Positions 50,092 through 61,242 of a stretch of DNA of 64,000 bases are shown here, piece after piece. Position numbers and translations under genes: made by a program. The stretch's first letter is position 1. Each line of letters opens with the position of its first letter. Below the pieces are notes generated by a model. That model saw nothing but the letters and a program-made list of their open reading frames with translations, ran no database searches and was not told the origin of the DNA. The stretch is from assembly GCA_963768655.1 (NCBI GenBank), contig CAVYIM010000004.1:480001-544000 (forward strand), given 5' to 3'. This DNA comes from an uncultured Chloroflexia bacterium (GTDB lineage: Bacteria; Chloroflexota; Limnocylindria; Limnocylindrales; CSP1-4).

Positions 50092-51356
50092 TCAGGGTTT
50101 GAACAGTTCGGCGGAAGAGAAGGCTTCCTGACCGTCGCCTATGCCTCCCGCGATCAAGACGGTGCCGTCGGGCAGCAGGGTAGCCGTCTGATCGCTCCGG
50201 GCCTCGATCATCGAGCCGATCATGTGAAAGCCATTGGCCGGGTCGAACACTCCGGCCAACCGGACGGCGGCTCCAGAGAGGTCGCGACCTCCCTCGAAGA
50301 GGACGCGCCCATCGGGGAGAGGTGTGGCGGTGGAAGCGGACCACGCGAGCGGGGGGGAGATCGACCCGGACATTGTGACCGAATTTGTCGCGGGATCGAA
50401 CGTGACCAGGTAGTCGTAGGCACTCAAGAGTACGCGGCCATCCTTGAGCAGCGTAGCCGTGTCGGGTGCTCCCCAGGTGGTCGGGATCACGGACGGGAGC
50501 GCGAATGAGATCGAGGTGGACTTGGCGCGGCGGTGTCGTACAGATCCGCTCTTGGGACGCTGTCATCGCCGATGACCAGGATCTGGCCATTGGGCAGGAG
50601 AGTCGCCGTGGTGCCCCACATAACCGCTCGGCAGCGAGCCATCGAGCGTGAACTTGCCGGTCGCCGGGTCGTACATCTCAGCTCGGGTTTCACCGCCATT
50701 GAGCATCAGGACGCGCCCGTCAGGCAGGAAGTATCGCGCTGGCATCGGCGTGACCAACGGACATCGATCCCGTGGGCGTGAACTTGCCCGTCGCCGGGTC
50801 GTACAGCTCGGCCGTAACGCAAGCGGGTCTGTTCCCGCCGTCACAGGACCGGGGGTGCCCCACTCTTCCGAAGGCAGCCATAGCCACCGGCGATCAGGAC
50901 GCGGCCATCCGCCAGCAGCGTGGCAGTGGCATGGGAGCGAGCCGCCCTCATAGAGCCCGTGGGGGTGAACTTGCCGGTGCTCGTGTTGTAGGACAGCTCT
51001 GCGGACGAGACGACCTCGTCAAACGACGCGGTCTGCACGTCGCCTCCCCCGGCGATGAGGACCTTGCCGTCCTGGAGCAGTGTGGCGGTGGCGTCCATGC
51101 GCGCCCCGTGCATGCTGCTGGTCACGACGAATGTCGGCGTCGGCGTAGGCGTGGGCGTGGGCTTGGGAGTGGGCGTGGCGATCCAGCTGGCGGTCGGGCT
51201 GGCGGTCGAGCTCGGGCTCAGCGAGGGCGACGCCGTACTACCCCCGCAGCCAACGACGGCCACGATAAGGACCAACCCGGCCAAAAGTCGCCCGTCGAAA
51301 GCTGCGACCCAGGTCGATCCGCGGACTGGCTCTCCACGCTCCGTCCCCTCTGTCAT
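50092..51356 (-). pseudogene. Kelch-repeat lipoprotein, multiple frameshifts
   Basis: Lipobox VVGC, (TP)n, kelch repeats spread over ORFs 50841, 50563, 50487, 50092. Confidence 0.8.
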
Positions 51357-51434
51357 CTGAACGCCTTCAGGATGACGTATCGATGGAGCGCCCGTGACGC
51401 CACGGAAGGTGGCCGCAGAACGGGAGACAGGAGG

Positions 51435-51775
51435 TGGTGGGGACGACTGGAAGTAGCGCCGGCCGAGATAACAAGCCAGCCGGCGGAGGTCACGAGCGGC
51501 CGCTGCGAGACGACTGCCCGGCCGCTGAGTATTGAGCGCGAGACGAGGGGGGAGCTGATGGCAGAGCCGTCGCGGCCCGACCCAGTGAGTTGAGTTCAGG
51601 CGCGGCCCGCCATGGATTGAACAGCTCCGCCGACGAGACGGCGCCATTCTGCCGGTCGATGCCGCCCGCGACTGTCTCCCGCTGTCCATGCGAACCACTT
51701 GCAGGATGACGCATAGAAGGATTGCACGTGAAGCCGGGGCAGGTGGCACGGCCCTGAGTGGTGGGGACGAGAGCA
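51435..51775 (-). repeat. Internally deleted duplicate of the kelch unit, with degenerate att-like cores at both ends
   Basis: GGCCGAGATAACAAGC and GGAGCTGATGGCAGAGCC shared with 49974-50050; kelch end VAGGID..SSAELFNP; 51699-51770 resembles 51366-51446; cores at 51435 and 51759. Confidence 0.7.
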
Positions 51776-52020
51776 CAGGAGCCTATCTCCCATTCGTCGC
51801 GTCGGCAAGGCGACCGGATTCGTTCCAGGTCTACCGTCTCTCGGCATCAGCCACAAGCTGACGGTGCAACCGCAGAAAACCGTTTGGGACCATCGGACCG
51901 CCTCGTACCACTAACAATCCCAAGACTCCGGAGGTAGGGTTCGGCTAGAGACTCGGCGTAGCCAATGGGTCGGTTGGGCCGTAGGTGACCATCCCAGTCC
52001 GAGTCGACAAGGGGTCGCGT

Positions 52021-52600
52021 GTGGAAGAATCTCAGTTCTGCACTCGTTGTGGCGCGCTTGCTGCGCATGAAGATGCGTTCTGCGGCAAATGCGGAACGCC
52101 TCTAGGTCCGAGGGATGCTAGCCAAGAAGTCATCTCCGGCAACGGGATCGATTGCCGCGACCGGAGGGTCATCGTCGAAGCGTTCGATCTCGTCGTGGGC
52201 GAAGCTCCTCCTGACGGCCTTGGTTGTGATCGCGGTTCTGGTCGGGCAGCAGTTGGCTACTACCAATTCGGACGTGGCGCAGCGACGCCGACACCGACGC
52301 CCACGCCGATGGCAACGATGAGCGACGCCGCCAAGCTTTGGTGCGCGGCTAACGACGACCCGACGGCGGGAGACGATATCGTGGCCGCTGCTGCCGAACA
52401 GCTAGGGATCAAGGTCCCGCCGGAGGTGGCGAACATAGAAGCGGCAATACTGACGCGGTCCCGTACCTCCGGAGCCGTGCCGGTCCCCGATGATGTCGCC
52501 GAGGCTTTCATCGAGTTCTACCGTAATGGTGGCTTCCAGACCTGGCGAGATTTCTCCCGAATACGCGCAGGCCTGCATGGCAGCGTTTGGCTTGCGCTGA
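52021..52600 (+). pseudogene. Zinc-ribbon membrane protein (frameshifted)
   Basis: FCTRCG..FCGKCG; TM segment KRSISSWAKLL.. lies in a shifted frame; (TP)n. Confidence 0.7.
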
Positions 52601-52664
52601 CGCTCGTTATGAGATCGCCGCTCGGAAGGCGTTCGCGCCGATGATTGCCTAGGGGGTTGCGGAG

Positions 52665-53357
52665 TTGGATGTATCACGGTTCTGCACTCGGTGTGGCGCG
52701 CCTGCGGCGCCTGAGAATGCGTTCTGTGGAAGGTGTGGCGCATCCGTGAGGCCCGGAGATGACGGGCCGCTGTCCGCTGCCCTAACGGCGCCTGTCGCTG
52801 TCGCCGGACGGACCGCCCCGAAACGGTCGATTCCGACGTGGGCGAAGATCCTAACCATTGGCGTGGTGATTGCGGCACTGGTTGGCGTTGGCTCTTACGG
52901 TTACTGCCAGTTAGGGCGCGGTGCCGCTTCGCCCAGCCCAACACAGCTGCCTACCGCAACGCCGTCACCAATTCCCACCGCCGCTCCCATGCCGACGCCA
53001 GATATTGAGATGGAGGCCGCAGCCACTCATGTGGCCGATGCGATCGACAGCATCGAGGGAATGCCGCCATTCGATGAGGCCGATGACACCGCGTGGGTTG
53101 CCTTAGTCGCGACTCTTGCTGGCTCAGAGGCCGACTGGATCGAGCAACAGCCGCCCCGAATTCAGGGTCAGGCCGTAATCGCTGATGCCCACGATCATCT
53201 GCGCCACCTGGCCTCCAGCCCCGAAGTCTGCCTGTACGCCACGGGAGCAACAGAAGCTGCCCTCGGCTTCTGTTGGGATCTGCATTACCAGCCTGACCTC
53301 GTGTATCTCAAGGGCATGCTGCCAAGCCTGAGCGAACTGGCCGCGTCCGGCACCTGA
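52665..53357 (+). CDS. Zinc-ribbon membrane protein
   Basis: FCTRCG..FCGRCG, KRSIPTWAKIL TM, Pro/Thr linker, helical external domain. Confidence 0.8.
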   Translation: MDVSRFCTRCGAPAAPENAFCGRCGASVRPGDDGPLSAALTAPVAVAGRTAPKRSIPTWAKILTIGVVIAALVGVGSYGYCQLGRGAASPSPTQLPTATPSPIPTAAPMPTPDIEMEAAATHVADAIDSIEGMPPFDEADDTAWVALVATLAGSEADWIEQQPPRIQGQAVIADAHDHLRHLASSPEVCLYATGATEAALGFCWDLHYQPDLVYLKGMLPSLSELAASGT

Positions 53358-53365
53358 TCATTGGT

Positions 53366-53771
53366 TCAGCTGCCGGAATTGCTTTCTTCGTCGACTCGGC
53401 CTTGGTGAGCTTGACCTCTAGGAGTCCGAAGTTCGTCTAGGAGACGTCCAAGCCCCCGATACGCGGCGAGCGTGCGCCGGAATGCGGGAAGGACGAGCGG
53501 CCGTGCAAGCGTGGCCGCTTCCGCCTTGAGGTCGATCCGAGCCAGCTCCGCGCTCGTCAGAGCCACCAGGACGGTGCGGACGACCAGCAAACCGAAAGAG
53601 TGCCAACTCGGCAAAGGCTTCGACGGTCTCCCGAACCGCGAGCAACAGGACGCCCGCGAGCGTTCCGAGCAACGCAACCCAGACCTGCCTGTTCGAGAAG
53701 AGGCGGCTCAGTCGGATCATGTCGTCAGCATTGCGAGCCCGGCGACGCCTCGGGCGGGTCTGGTCGAGCAT
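53366..53771 (-). pseudogene. Hypothetical two-TM protein (frameshifted)
   Basis: Hydrophobic N-half in ORF 53418 continues in ORF 53366 frame. Confidence 0.4.
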
Positions 53772-53940
53772 CGCCGACCCCGTGCGCCCGGGTGCATGGA
53801 GCAGCCCGAGAGTGAGTGCCTTCGACGTGATCTGGCCATCCGAGTTCCAGGCGTGTTCGATCGTCACGGTCAAACTGACGCCAGCCGAGCGGCTGTAAAA
53901 CCGTGGCCTACAGGAGCGTCGGCAGTCGTACCATGAACAA

Positions 53941-54381
53941 ATGCCCGACCCAATCGCCACTGCGCTAATCGCTGGCCTGAGCGCGGTTGTCGGCGGTCTC
54001 ATCGCAGCAATCGGCAAGCCGTGGGGCCAGGACTGGGTGGCTCGCCAGGCTGAGAAACGCGCCGCGCAAAGAGCACGCGAGGCCGAATACAGGGTGCGTC
54101 TCGAACGTGTGCTGCAACTCCTCGGAATAGTCTCGGTCGAAGGATGGCCCACGCCGGAACACGAGCGAGAAGGGCACGAGCTACCCGCGGCGGCTTACGC
54201 TGTCAACGACCAATTGCTGATTGATGCGGTGACCAGAATGTCGGGTTTCTCTCGCACTTCTACCGAATGGGCCGCCGCTCGTAACGCTGCCAACCGGCGG
54301 GTCGGCGAACTTCTGAGTAGCCAACTGTTGGTCCCCGACCCTTTGGTTCGCGCCAAACTTGGAACGAAACTCGACGAGTGA
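53941..54381 (+). CDS. Hypothetical protein with N-terminal TM helix
   Basis: Hydrophobic start then helical domain; GTGA overlap with HNH gene. Confidence 0.65.
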   Translation: MPDPIATALIAGLSAVVGGLIAAIGKPWGQDWVARQAEKRAAQRAREAEYRVRLERVLQLLGIVSVEGWPTPEHEREGHELPAAAYAVNDQLLIDAVTRMSGFSRTSTEWAAARNAANRRVGELLSSQLLVPDPLVRAKLGTKLDE

Positions 54382-54918
54382 TCGTGACCACGAGACAGCC
54401 GGCGCCTTTCGAAAGCTACCCAGAGGGCGGACGCATGCTCCTCAGACGGCCGAAGTCCGGGGACGGCTCTGCCCGCGGTGGCTATGGCCGCGATGTCCTC
54501 GTTTGGTGTGGGTTCAGGTGCGCTTACTGCGGGCTCGACATAGAGCAGTTCGAGGGCTGGCTGCAACTGTCGGTGGGACCACGTGATACCACGGCAGGCT
54601 AAGGTGCTCGGCTATCCGAAGGACTGGCTGCGGAACCAGATCAACACTGTTGCGTGCTGCCGCCCATGCAACGACTTGTACAACCGAGAACAGCCCGCCG
54701 AACCCGCCCCGGCCACGCTCGAGGAATTCCTTGAGATCCGTTACGCCGCATTCCGCCGCCGCAAGGCCCACATTCTCGAACGTCGCGAGGCTGAGCGTGT
54801 CAAGTTCGCGAATACGTCCGCGCAACGGGCGACGGCGCTTAGCGGACCTAGCCGGGCATCTGGCTCTCCGCCGCATTCGCTGCGTTCAGCCCGATGCAAC
54901 CGCCGATCTTCGCCCTGA
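54378..54918 (+). pseudogene. HNH endonuclease (frameshifted)
   Basis: CAYCG..LSV/DHVIP..NTVACCRPCN; one extra G in GTGGGAC breaks the frame. Confidence 0.8.
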
Positions 54919-55294
54919 TCTGGTTGACCGTGTCCAACATGAGCTGACCCTTGTGTCGGCTCGCAGCCAAGTCATCCTTGAGCATCGGAAACACGATATC
55001 GGCTTGCGCCATGCAGTCCTGATCGGTGCCTCCGTCGCCCTTACGGAGTTGTACGTCGTGCTTCTCCACGAAGTTATCGATGCCGGCGGAAAGAAGAACG
55101 ACCAGCAGCACCCGAGTCCAGGTGTCCCGACAGTCGCGCTTGCATGAAACGACCACGATCCACCGCTCGTCCCGGGGCGGATGCACCACTCCGTGCGCTT
55201 TCGGCAGCACAACATCGGCAGGGTCAACGGTGAAGACGTCACCTGGCCGGAGAACGGTACCTTCGGCTCCCGCCGCGCTATCTGCCGGCGCCAC
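54848..55294 (-). CDS. PemK/MazF-like toxin
   Basis: RPGDVFTVD..ERWIVVVS..VLLVVLLS..HDVQL..GG...CMAQADIVF..G.L. Confidence 0.7.
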   Translation of the reverse strand: MAPADSAAGAEGTVLRPGDVFTVDPADVVLPKAHGVVHPPRDERWIVVVSCKRDCRDTWTRVLLVVLLSAGIDNFVEKHDVQLRKGDGGTDQDCMAQADIVFPMLKDDLAASRHKGQLMLDTVNQIRAKIGGCIGLNAANAAESQMPG

Positions 55295-55904
55295 TGAGTG
55301 CGCGGTTCACGAACGGTGCCATCGCCGCCAGAGCGTCCTTCTGTTTGGCGACCCTGTCTGCAAGCTCTTGCTGTCGTTCTGGCGTGGCCGTTTCCGGCTC
55401 TTCTGCAATTGCCCTAGGGTCAGTCATACGGTGAAAGTCGATAGGCGTGTCGATGAGCTCGTGCCGCGACGACGCTCTTCGATTTCAATGAGCCGCATAG
55501 GTGTAGTGGCATACGCCAGCCGCTTCACCTCGTCATCGGTAAGTCGAGACGTCAGCGCCAAGATGCGTCGAGCACTTGGATCGCGTCCTCGCTGAGCTGA
55601 GGCTCGAACCTCGGAGCAGGCCCTCTGCGGACCTCGGCACTTCGCGGCCGGAGTTGGTTTGCCGCTTCTCGTCTTCGGTCTCGTGCCCCTTCATCTCGCC
55701 TAGCGATGGAAGCATCGCCTTCGTCATGGGCCCGTACTTCTCGCGGACCCAGGTGGCATCGGTGATCGTCCGCCCCGTCTCAAGGTAGTGCTCCAAGTCG
55801 GCAAGGTACAGGAGCTTGTGGAGCCGCGTCATGCGAACTGACTCCGTCCTCAGCACGATGGCCAGGATTGCTTGTCTGAAGGGGGTCGACTCGGGCGCAG
55901 TCAC
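55278..55904 (-). pseudogene. Panacea (DUF4065/SocA) antitoxin, frameshifted
   Basis: TRLHKLLYLADLEHY..G.TIT...W....YGP; continuation ..VKRLAYATTPM.. to TAG at 55278 after ~3 shifts. Confidence 0.8.
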
Positions 55905-55941
55905 GCCTATATCGTAGCTGCCCCGCGCGAAGCTGCAACGG

Positions 55942-57530
55942 TCAATACTGCAAGGGCGTTCTAGACTCCCAGCGCGAAAGGGCGGTCGCCGACTGGCTTC
56001 CCCGGTCCATCCCTTTGAGACTATTCCGAGTCGTAGTCCTCTGGGGCCTCGGCAGCACGGCCAACAACTGCAGCTCTTCGGGCCTCGCGGCCGCCGCCCT
56101 CCCGGCTCGGCGGTGCGTCACGTTGGCACCGGTGACGTGCGGATAATCGACGCCCTGGCCGCCGAGCAACTGGCTGATCGTTCGAAGCTGAAGGCGGGGA
56201 TGTTTGCCCCAGGGCGACTCAAACCCGGCTTCTGCCGCTTCCGCTCGCATTCCCGTACTGGGCTCCTCGAATGAGAGCAGGACGCCGATCTCCGCCCGTT
56301 CGCGTTCAACGACTCCTCGCAAGTCGCGGACATAGTTCGGGACCAAGTGTCCGGCCTTGACGCTGAACACAATCTGACGAGTCTCGGAGCCGCCCTCATG
56401 GAAGTAGAGGCGGCCGTCGATCCCCTTGTCGCCGCCCTTCTTGTCGCTGCCGGCGATTCTGGCACCGACGAGCCCGAGAGCCCAAGCCTGGAACTGGAAC
56501 GGGTCATCTTTGGCGAGCACGCGCGCGTCGTCGACTGTCGTCGGCTCGCCGATCACGCGGTAGGTCTTGGCGATCTCCGGGCCGTAGCGATCGACGAGGC
56601 GGTGCTTGATCAGGCCGATGGAAAGATGAGTGATGTCGATGCCGATCCAACGGCGGCCGAGGGCTTGCGCCGCGTCCACCGTCGTTCCGCAGCCACAGAA
56701 CGGGTCGAGCACTTCGTCGCCAGGGTCGCTCGCCATCTCGATTATCCGGGCCAATAGGGCGACGGGTTTCTGCGTCGGATAGCCGAGCTTCTCGCGGCTG
56801 GCCGGTTGGAGCATTGGCATGCGCCACACGTCGTCAGCCATCCGGTGGGTTCGCTCTCTATGTACTGGACGTGCCCGTCCTCGCCCTTCGCGTTGACGAG
56901 CCTCTGCGTCTCGCCGTCCCAGGCGACGTTTGAGCATCTTCGCCGGGCCGCCCTCGCGAGCTTCCATGACCGGGTGAAACATGAACTCGCGGCTCTTCGA
57001 GTACCAGAAGATCAAGTCGTGGTCGGAGGCCAGCCGATGAATGTTGCCTTGCATCTTGTTGAAGTAGTGCCAGACGATCTCGTTCCGGAAGGCGGCCGGT
57101 CCAAAGACAGCATCGAGGAGCACCTTCAGGTAGTGGCTGGCGGACGGGTCGCAGTGGAGATACAGCTCCCGGTCGATTTCAACACTCGCCGCAGTTCGAC
57201 CAGCCGAGGTGCCATCATCGACAGGTAGGCGAGCATGTCGTTATCGCCTAGCACGGTCCGGAATGCCTGCATCGGCCAACGAACCTGACCGCCGCCGGAC
57301 TCGACCACCTCTTCATAGGCGGCTGGGCTGAACGTTCCATTCCACGTATCCTCGAATGCCTTGATCTGGGCGGCGGACCCCGTCGCCATGTTCCGCGAAC
57401 AGCACGTTGTAGTTCTGGTCCGACTTGAACGGCGGGTCAAGATAGACGAGATCGACGGACTCGTCGCGACGTATCGCTGGAGAACGTCGAGGTTGTCGCC
57501 GTAATAGAGGAGGTTCGGTTCCCCGCTCAT
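55942..57530 (-). pseudogene. N4/N6 DNA methyltransferase with C-terminal Mrr-like domain, frameshifted
   Basis: LYYGDNL, YLDPPF (shifted frame), NEIVW, YPTQKP, LDPFCGCGTT, DKGIDG..SVKAG. Confidence 0.85.
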
Positions 57531-57696
57531 CCGTCTCTCCAGCAGTTCGCCCGGTGCCAGGCGGGCCGCCTGGCCGTGTCCATCCTAGTCGACCCGTAGC
57601 CCGCGACGCAGATCCCTTGGGCGCGCCGACTAAACGACCGGCTGGCCGCGAGGGGGAACGGCCGGCCGGTCGGACACGTGGGGTAGGGTAGACGCC

Positions 57697-58726
57697 TCAG
57701 CCGTCGGTCGGGCGGCGAGACGGCAATTCGGGCCCCTCGGTGGCCGCCCTCGGCCGCCGCCCGTCTGCGCTGTGGGCCCAGCGGCAACGCTCCCCGCACC
57801 AGCGCTGGCCGCGCCGCTTTGGTCGGAACGTGTTGCCGCAGTGACCGCAGGGCCGCGGCGCCCGCCAGCTCGTCTGTAGCAGCGATCCGACAGAGGTGAT
57901 GGCCGGCCAGCTCGCCTCATCGAGCGTCTTCTGGTAGGCGGTGGCCAGCGGTCCGACGGCCAGGTCGAACCCTGCAGGCGCATGCCGTTCTCGGTCGGGG
58001 CCACGTGGGCAGAGACCTTGAGCAGCCGCTGCATGGGCCCGGCGAGGACGTAGCTCAGGCAGTACAGGGCCTGGATGTAGGCTCCGGCGCCTTTCCAGCT
58101 CGCGTCGGTCGGAACAGCCACGCCATACAGCCGAGCGAGGTTCGTTCCGGACATGGCCTGGTGATCAGGGTCGCGCTGGACATCGGTGAGAAAGCCCGGC
58201 TGGTAGTTCATCTGGCGCTCGACCTCGGCCCGAAGCTCGGCGCCGCGTAGCTCGCGGATCGCGCGGAGAATTGCCCGAGCCTGGGCGAAGTAGCGCAGGG
58301 CGAGCCCGATCTCTTCCACGCTCTCGCCCCGTTCCCGCCGGGCGGCTCGGACGCCAACAAATCCTTCGCTCTCACCCACGCGAGGATGGACGCTGCGTCG
58401 CCCGCTCCGAGGGCCACCAGCTCATCGGATAGGCCGGCACGATCCGACGGTCTCCAGATGCGGGCCGGCCCGTGCAGTTCCGGGGTGGTATCCACGATCC
58501 GACGGACCCACAACTCGCCCGAGGCGAGCTTGTACTCGCCGCGGCGCAGCCGGGTCCAGTTGCCGCGGGTGTCGGGCTGGGCGTACTTCGGCTCGCCGGC
58601 GAGTCGGAGCACCGGCCCTGGGTCCATGACGAACCTATCTACGGCGTCCTCGACGTCGTAGCTCTCCCCTACGGTCCAGCTCGTGGCGTCCAGCGCCGCG
58701 TCCGTCCCGGCCCTTGTCTCCGCCAT
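57697..58726 (-). pseudogene. Hypothetical protein with C-terminal CGNR-like zinc finger, frameshifted
   Basis: ORFs 58208 and 57630 join; third frame gives PCGHCGNTF..QRWCGERCRW. Confidence 0.55.
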
Positions 58727-58787
58727 GGCGTCCCTCGCTTAGTCCACGTGTTCGATTTCGTCCATGGTACCGGAGATAGTTCGCTCT

Positions 58788-59018
58788 ATGACTAGCAACG
58801 ATCGCTCCCAACGACCAACCGGACTCAACCTCAAGTTCGCCCGCCTCGCCCGTGGCGTCCAGGCGCGGGCGATCGCGGCCTCGCTCGGGGTCTCGCCGCA
58901 GCGGGTCTCGACCATCGAAGCCTCCCTCCACCCCAGCCCCGAGATGGCCGCGCGCTACCTGGCTGCGCTCGATGCCCTCGCCCCGGCGGGCGACCCGGAA
59001 GGGGGCCGCCGCCCATGA
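58788..59018 (+). CDS. XRE-type helix-turn-helix protein
   Basis: LKFARLARGV....IAASLGVSPQRVSTIE. Confidence 0.8.
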   Translation: MTSNDRSQRPTGLNLKFARLARGVQARAIAASLGVSPQRVSTIEASLHPSPEMAARYLAALDALAPAGDPEGGRRP

Positions 59019-59209
59019 ACAGCAGGCGCTGTCTCTCCTGTGGCGACCAGCTCGACATCACGAGCCGGTCGGATCGGCGGACCTGCTCGGATCTCTGCCG
59101 AAAGCGCAAGTCGCTGGCGGGGCAAGCTCAGCGTCGCGCACTGCGCCTCAGAGCCCACGCCCCGCGGCGTGGAGGCCGCCGAAGGTCCACTGGCTTCCTC
59201 GGGCGCTAA
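59015..59209 (+). CDS. Small zinc-finger protein
   Basis: CLSCG..RSDRRTCSDLCRKR; ATGA overlap. Confidence 0.6.
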   Translation: MNSRRCLSCGDQLDITSRSDRRTCSDLCRKRKSLAGQAQRRALRLRAHAPRRGGRRRSTGFLGR

Positions 59210-59233
59210 CTGTGAAGGAAGGGGCTCACAGCT

Positions 59234-60550
59234 GTGACAGACCCCGCGCACGCCCCGGAGCCGATGGGCGCGATCACTGGGCGGCTTGGTTTCCCGGAGC
59301 GAGCCATCGCGCCGGACCAGATACGGCCGGAGGTGGTCATCACGCACCTCTCGACGGTGAAGCCATTGCCACTCGAATGGTTGTGGCAAGGCTACATTCC
59401 GGCGGGGATGATCACGATCATCGACGGCGACCCAGGTCTGGGCAAGAGCATGCTGACGCTCGATCTGGTGGCCAAGGTGACTCGCGGATTGCCGATGCCG
59501 GGGAGCCGGCCTGAGTCCGCCGGAAGGCCCAGAGGCGCCGTCCTGCTCTCAGCTGAAGACGACCTCGCGCACACCATAGTCCCGCGGCTCATCGCTGCCG
59601 GGGCCGACCTGGACCGCGTGGTGGTCGTGAGTCTGCGGGAGCGCGACGGCACCTCCCGGGAGCCCATCATTACTCCGGCCGACCTTGAGGCAGTCGAGAA
59701 GGCCATCGTCGAGGTCGACGCCGCGATCGTCATCATCGATCCCCTGGTGGCCTACTTGCCAGCCACGGCCAGTGCCAATCGCGACCAGGACGTGCGTTGC
59801 ACCCTGGCACCCCTGGCGGACCTCGCCGAGAGAACCGGGGCCGCGGTCGTCGTGGTGCGGCATCTGCGCAAGGCGGCCGCCGACAACGCGCTGTACCGAG
59901 GCGGAGGATCGATCGCCTTCATCGGTGCCGCCCGGGTTGGGTTGCTCGTGGCTCTCGACCCCGACGACGAAACCGAACAGCGGCGCATCCTCGCCAGCCT
60001 CAAGAGCAACGTCGGACCCAAGCCGCCGAGACTCATCTTCACCGTGGAAGTCCATCCGGGCCAGCCTCAGCCCCGAATTGTCTGGCGTGGCGAGACCGAC
60101 CATCGCGCCGACGATCTCCTGGTCCCCATGGACCGTGGCGAACGGAGCGCCATCGACGACGCCAAGGAGTTCCTGATCGAGCTGCTCGCGGGCGGGCCGG
60201 TGCCGTCCCGCGAGGTCGAAAGGCAGGGCTTGGAGGCCGCCATCTCCAAGGCCAGCCTTGGGCGGGCCAAGACGCTTCTGAGGGTCAAGTCGACCAGACC
60301 CGAGGGCTTCACCGGGCCGTGGTTCTGGGCGCTGCCCGAGACGTACATGCGCAACGAAGGCCGTACATCCTCACCTCTCGAAGTTGAGGACGTACGGGCA
60401 GGCCTGAGGAGGTACGGGGCCGCCAGCACCGGCACGGCCGACGCCGCGGCGGACGGGCCGAGTGCCCGGTGGCATTGCCCGGCCGGGTCCGGGCACGCCC
60501 CGGCGACCCACCCCGACGGCACGATCTACTGCGGGACGTGCCATCCATGA
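59234..60550 (+). CDS. AAA_25/RepA-like ATPase (replication helicase-type)
   Basis: LEWLW.GYIP.G, GDPGLGKS, SAED, IIDP, VRHLRK, GGS, KSNVG. Confidence 0.88.
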   Translation: MTDPAHAPEPMGAITGRLGFPERAIAPDQIRPEVVITHLSTVKPLPLEWLWQGYIPAGMITIIDGDPGLGKSMLTLDLVAKVTRGLPMPGSRPESAGRPRGAVLLSAEDDLAHTIVPRLIAAGADLDRVVVVSLRERDGTSREPIITPADLEAVEKAIVEVDAAIVIIDPLVAYLPATASANRDQDVRCTLAPLADLAERTGAAVVVVRHLRKAAADNALYRGGGSIAFIGAARVGLLVALDPDDETEQRRILASLKSNVGPKPPRLIFTVEVHPGQPQPRIVWRGETDHRADDLLVPMDRGERSAIDDAKEFLIELLAGGPVPSREVERQGLEAAISKASLGRAKTLLRVKSTRPEGFTGPWFWALPETYMRNEGRTSSPLEVEDVRAGLRRYGAASTGTADAAADGPSARWHCPAGSGHAPATHPDGTIYCGTCHP

Positions 60551-61242
60551 GCAGCATCCGCCGGGCTGCGCCGGGTTTCGATCCAGCCAGAGACGACTCT
60601 TTCGTGCTGCCGACCCGCCAGCAGGCCGAAGATGCGGGCGCAAATGCCCTCGCCGCTCTCCTGCGCCGGGGCATCGAAAGGCACCTACGGGAACCCGGGG
60701 CCACATTCGATGACGCGCTTCGAGAAGCGGCCCGCGATGTCCTCCGAGGCTCGCTCGACGAGGCCATCAGGGGCCAGCGGGGCGGGTACTGCATGCGCGC
60801 GCCGACCGACCCGGTCCTCTATGCGATCGGACGTCTCGGCGCCGCTCTCGTGGAGCTGAGCTACACAGTGCGCAATCCGGCCCGCGCCGTTGCGGAAGCG
60901 GCCCGGCTGTTCGGCGAGTATTCCCGCCGCTCCGTCGCCATCAACATCGCTATCAACGCCGCCAGCACCGCCGCCAAGGCCGGGTCCACCCCGACCGATG
61001 CCCCGGACAGGCCCCTCGACCAACCGGCAAGGTCCGGGTCCGACCGCACCGACACCGCCGTCCTCGCCGGCAACCGCCCGGCAGAGCCCGTGTCCGGCCC
61101 GGCCGGGACCGCGGCCCTGGCCGGCAATCGGCCCTCAAAGCCCGAGTCCAGGTCCAGACGGGCCGCTGATGCTGTGCTCTCGATCACCAACGTCGCAGAG
61201 CCCGTGCCCAGCCGGGAAGCTCGGCCCGGGAGCCGGCGATGA
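60547..61242 (+). CDS. Hypothetical protein
   Basis: ATGA-coupled to the AAA gene; tail with repeated LAGNRP. Confidence 0.55.
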   Translation: MSSIRRAAPGFDPARDDSFVLPTRQQAEDAGANALAALLRRGIERHLREPGATFDDALREAARDVLRGSLDEAIRGQRGGYCMRAPTDPVLYAIGRLGAALVELSYTVRNPARAVAEAARLFGEYSRRSVAINIAINAASTAAKAGSTPTDAPDRPLDQPARSGSDRTDTAVLAGNRPAEPVSGPAGTAALAGNRPSKPESRSRRAADAVLSITNVAEPVPSREARPGSRR

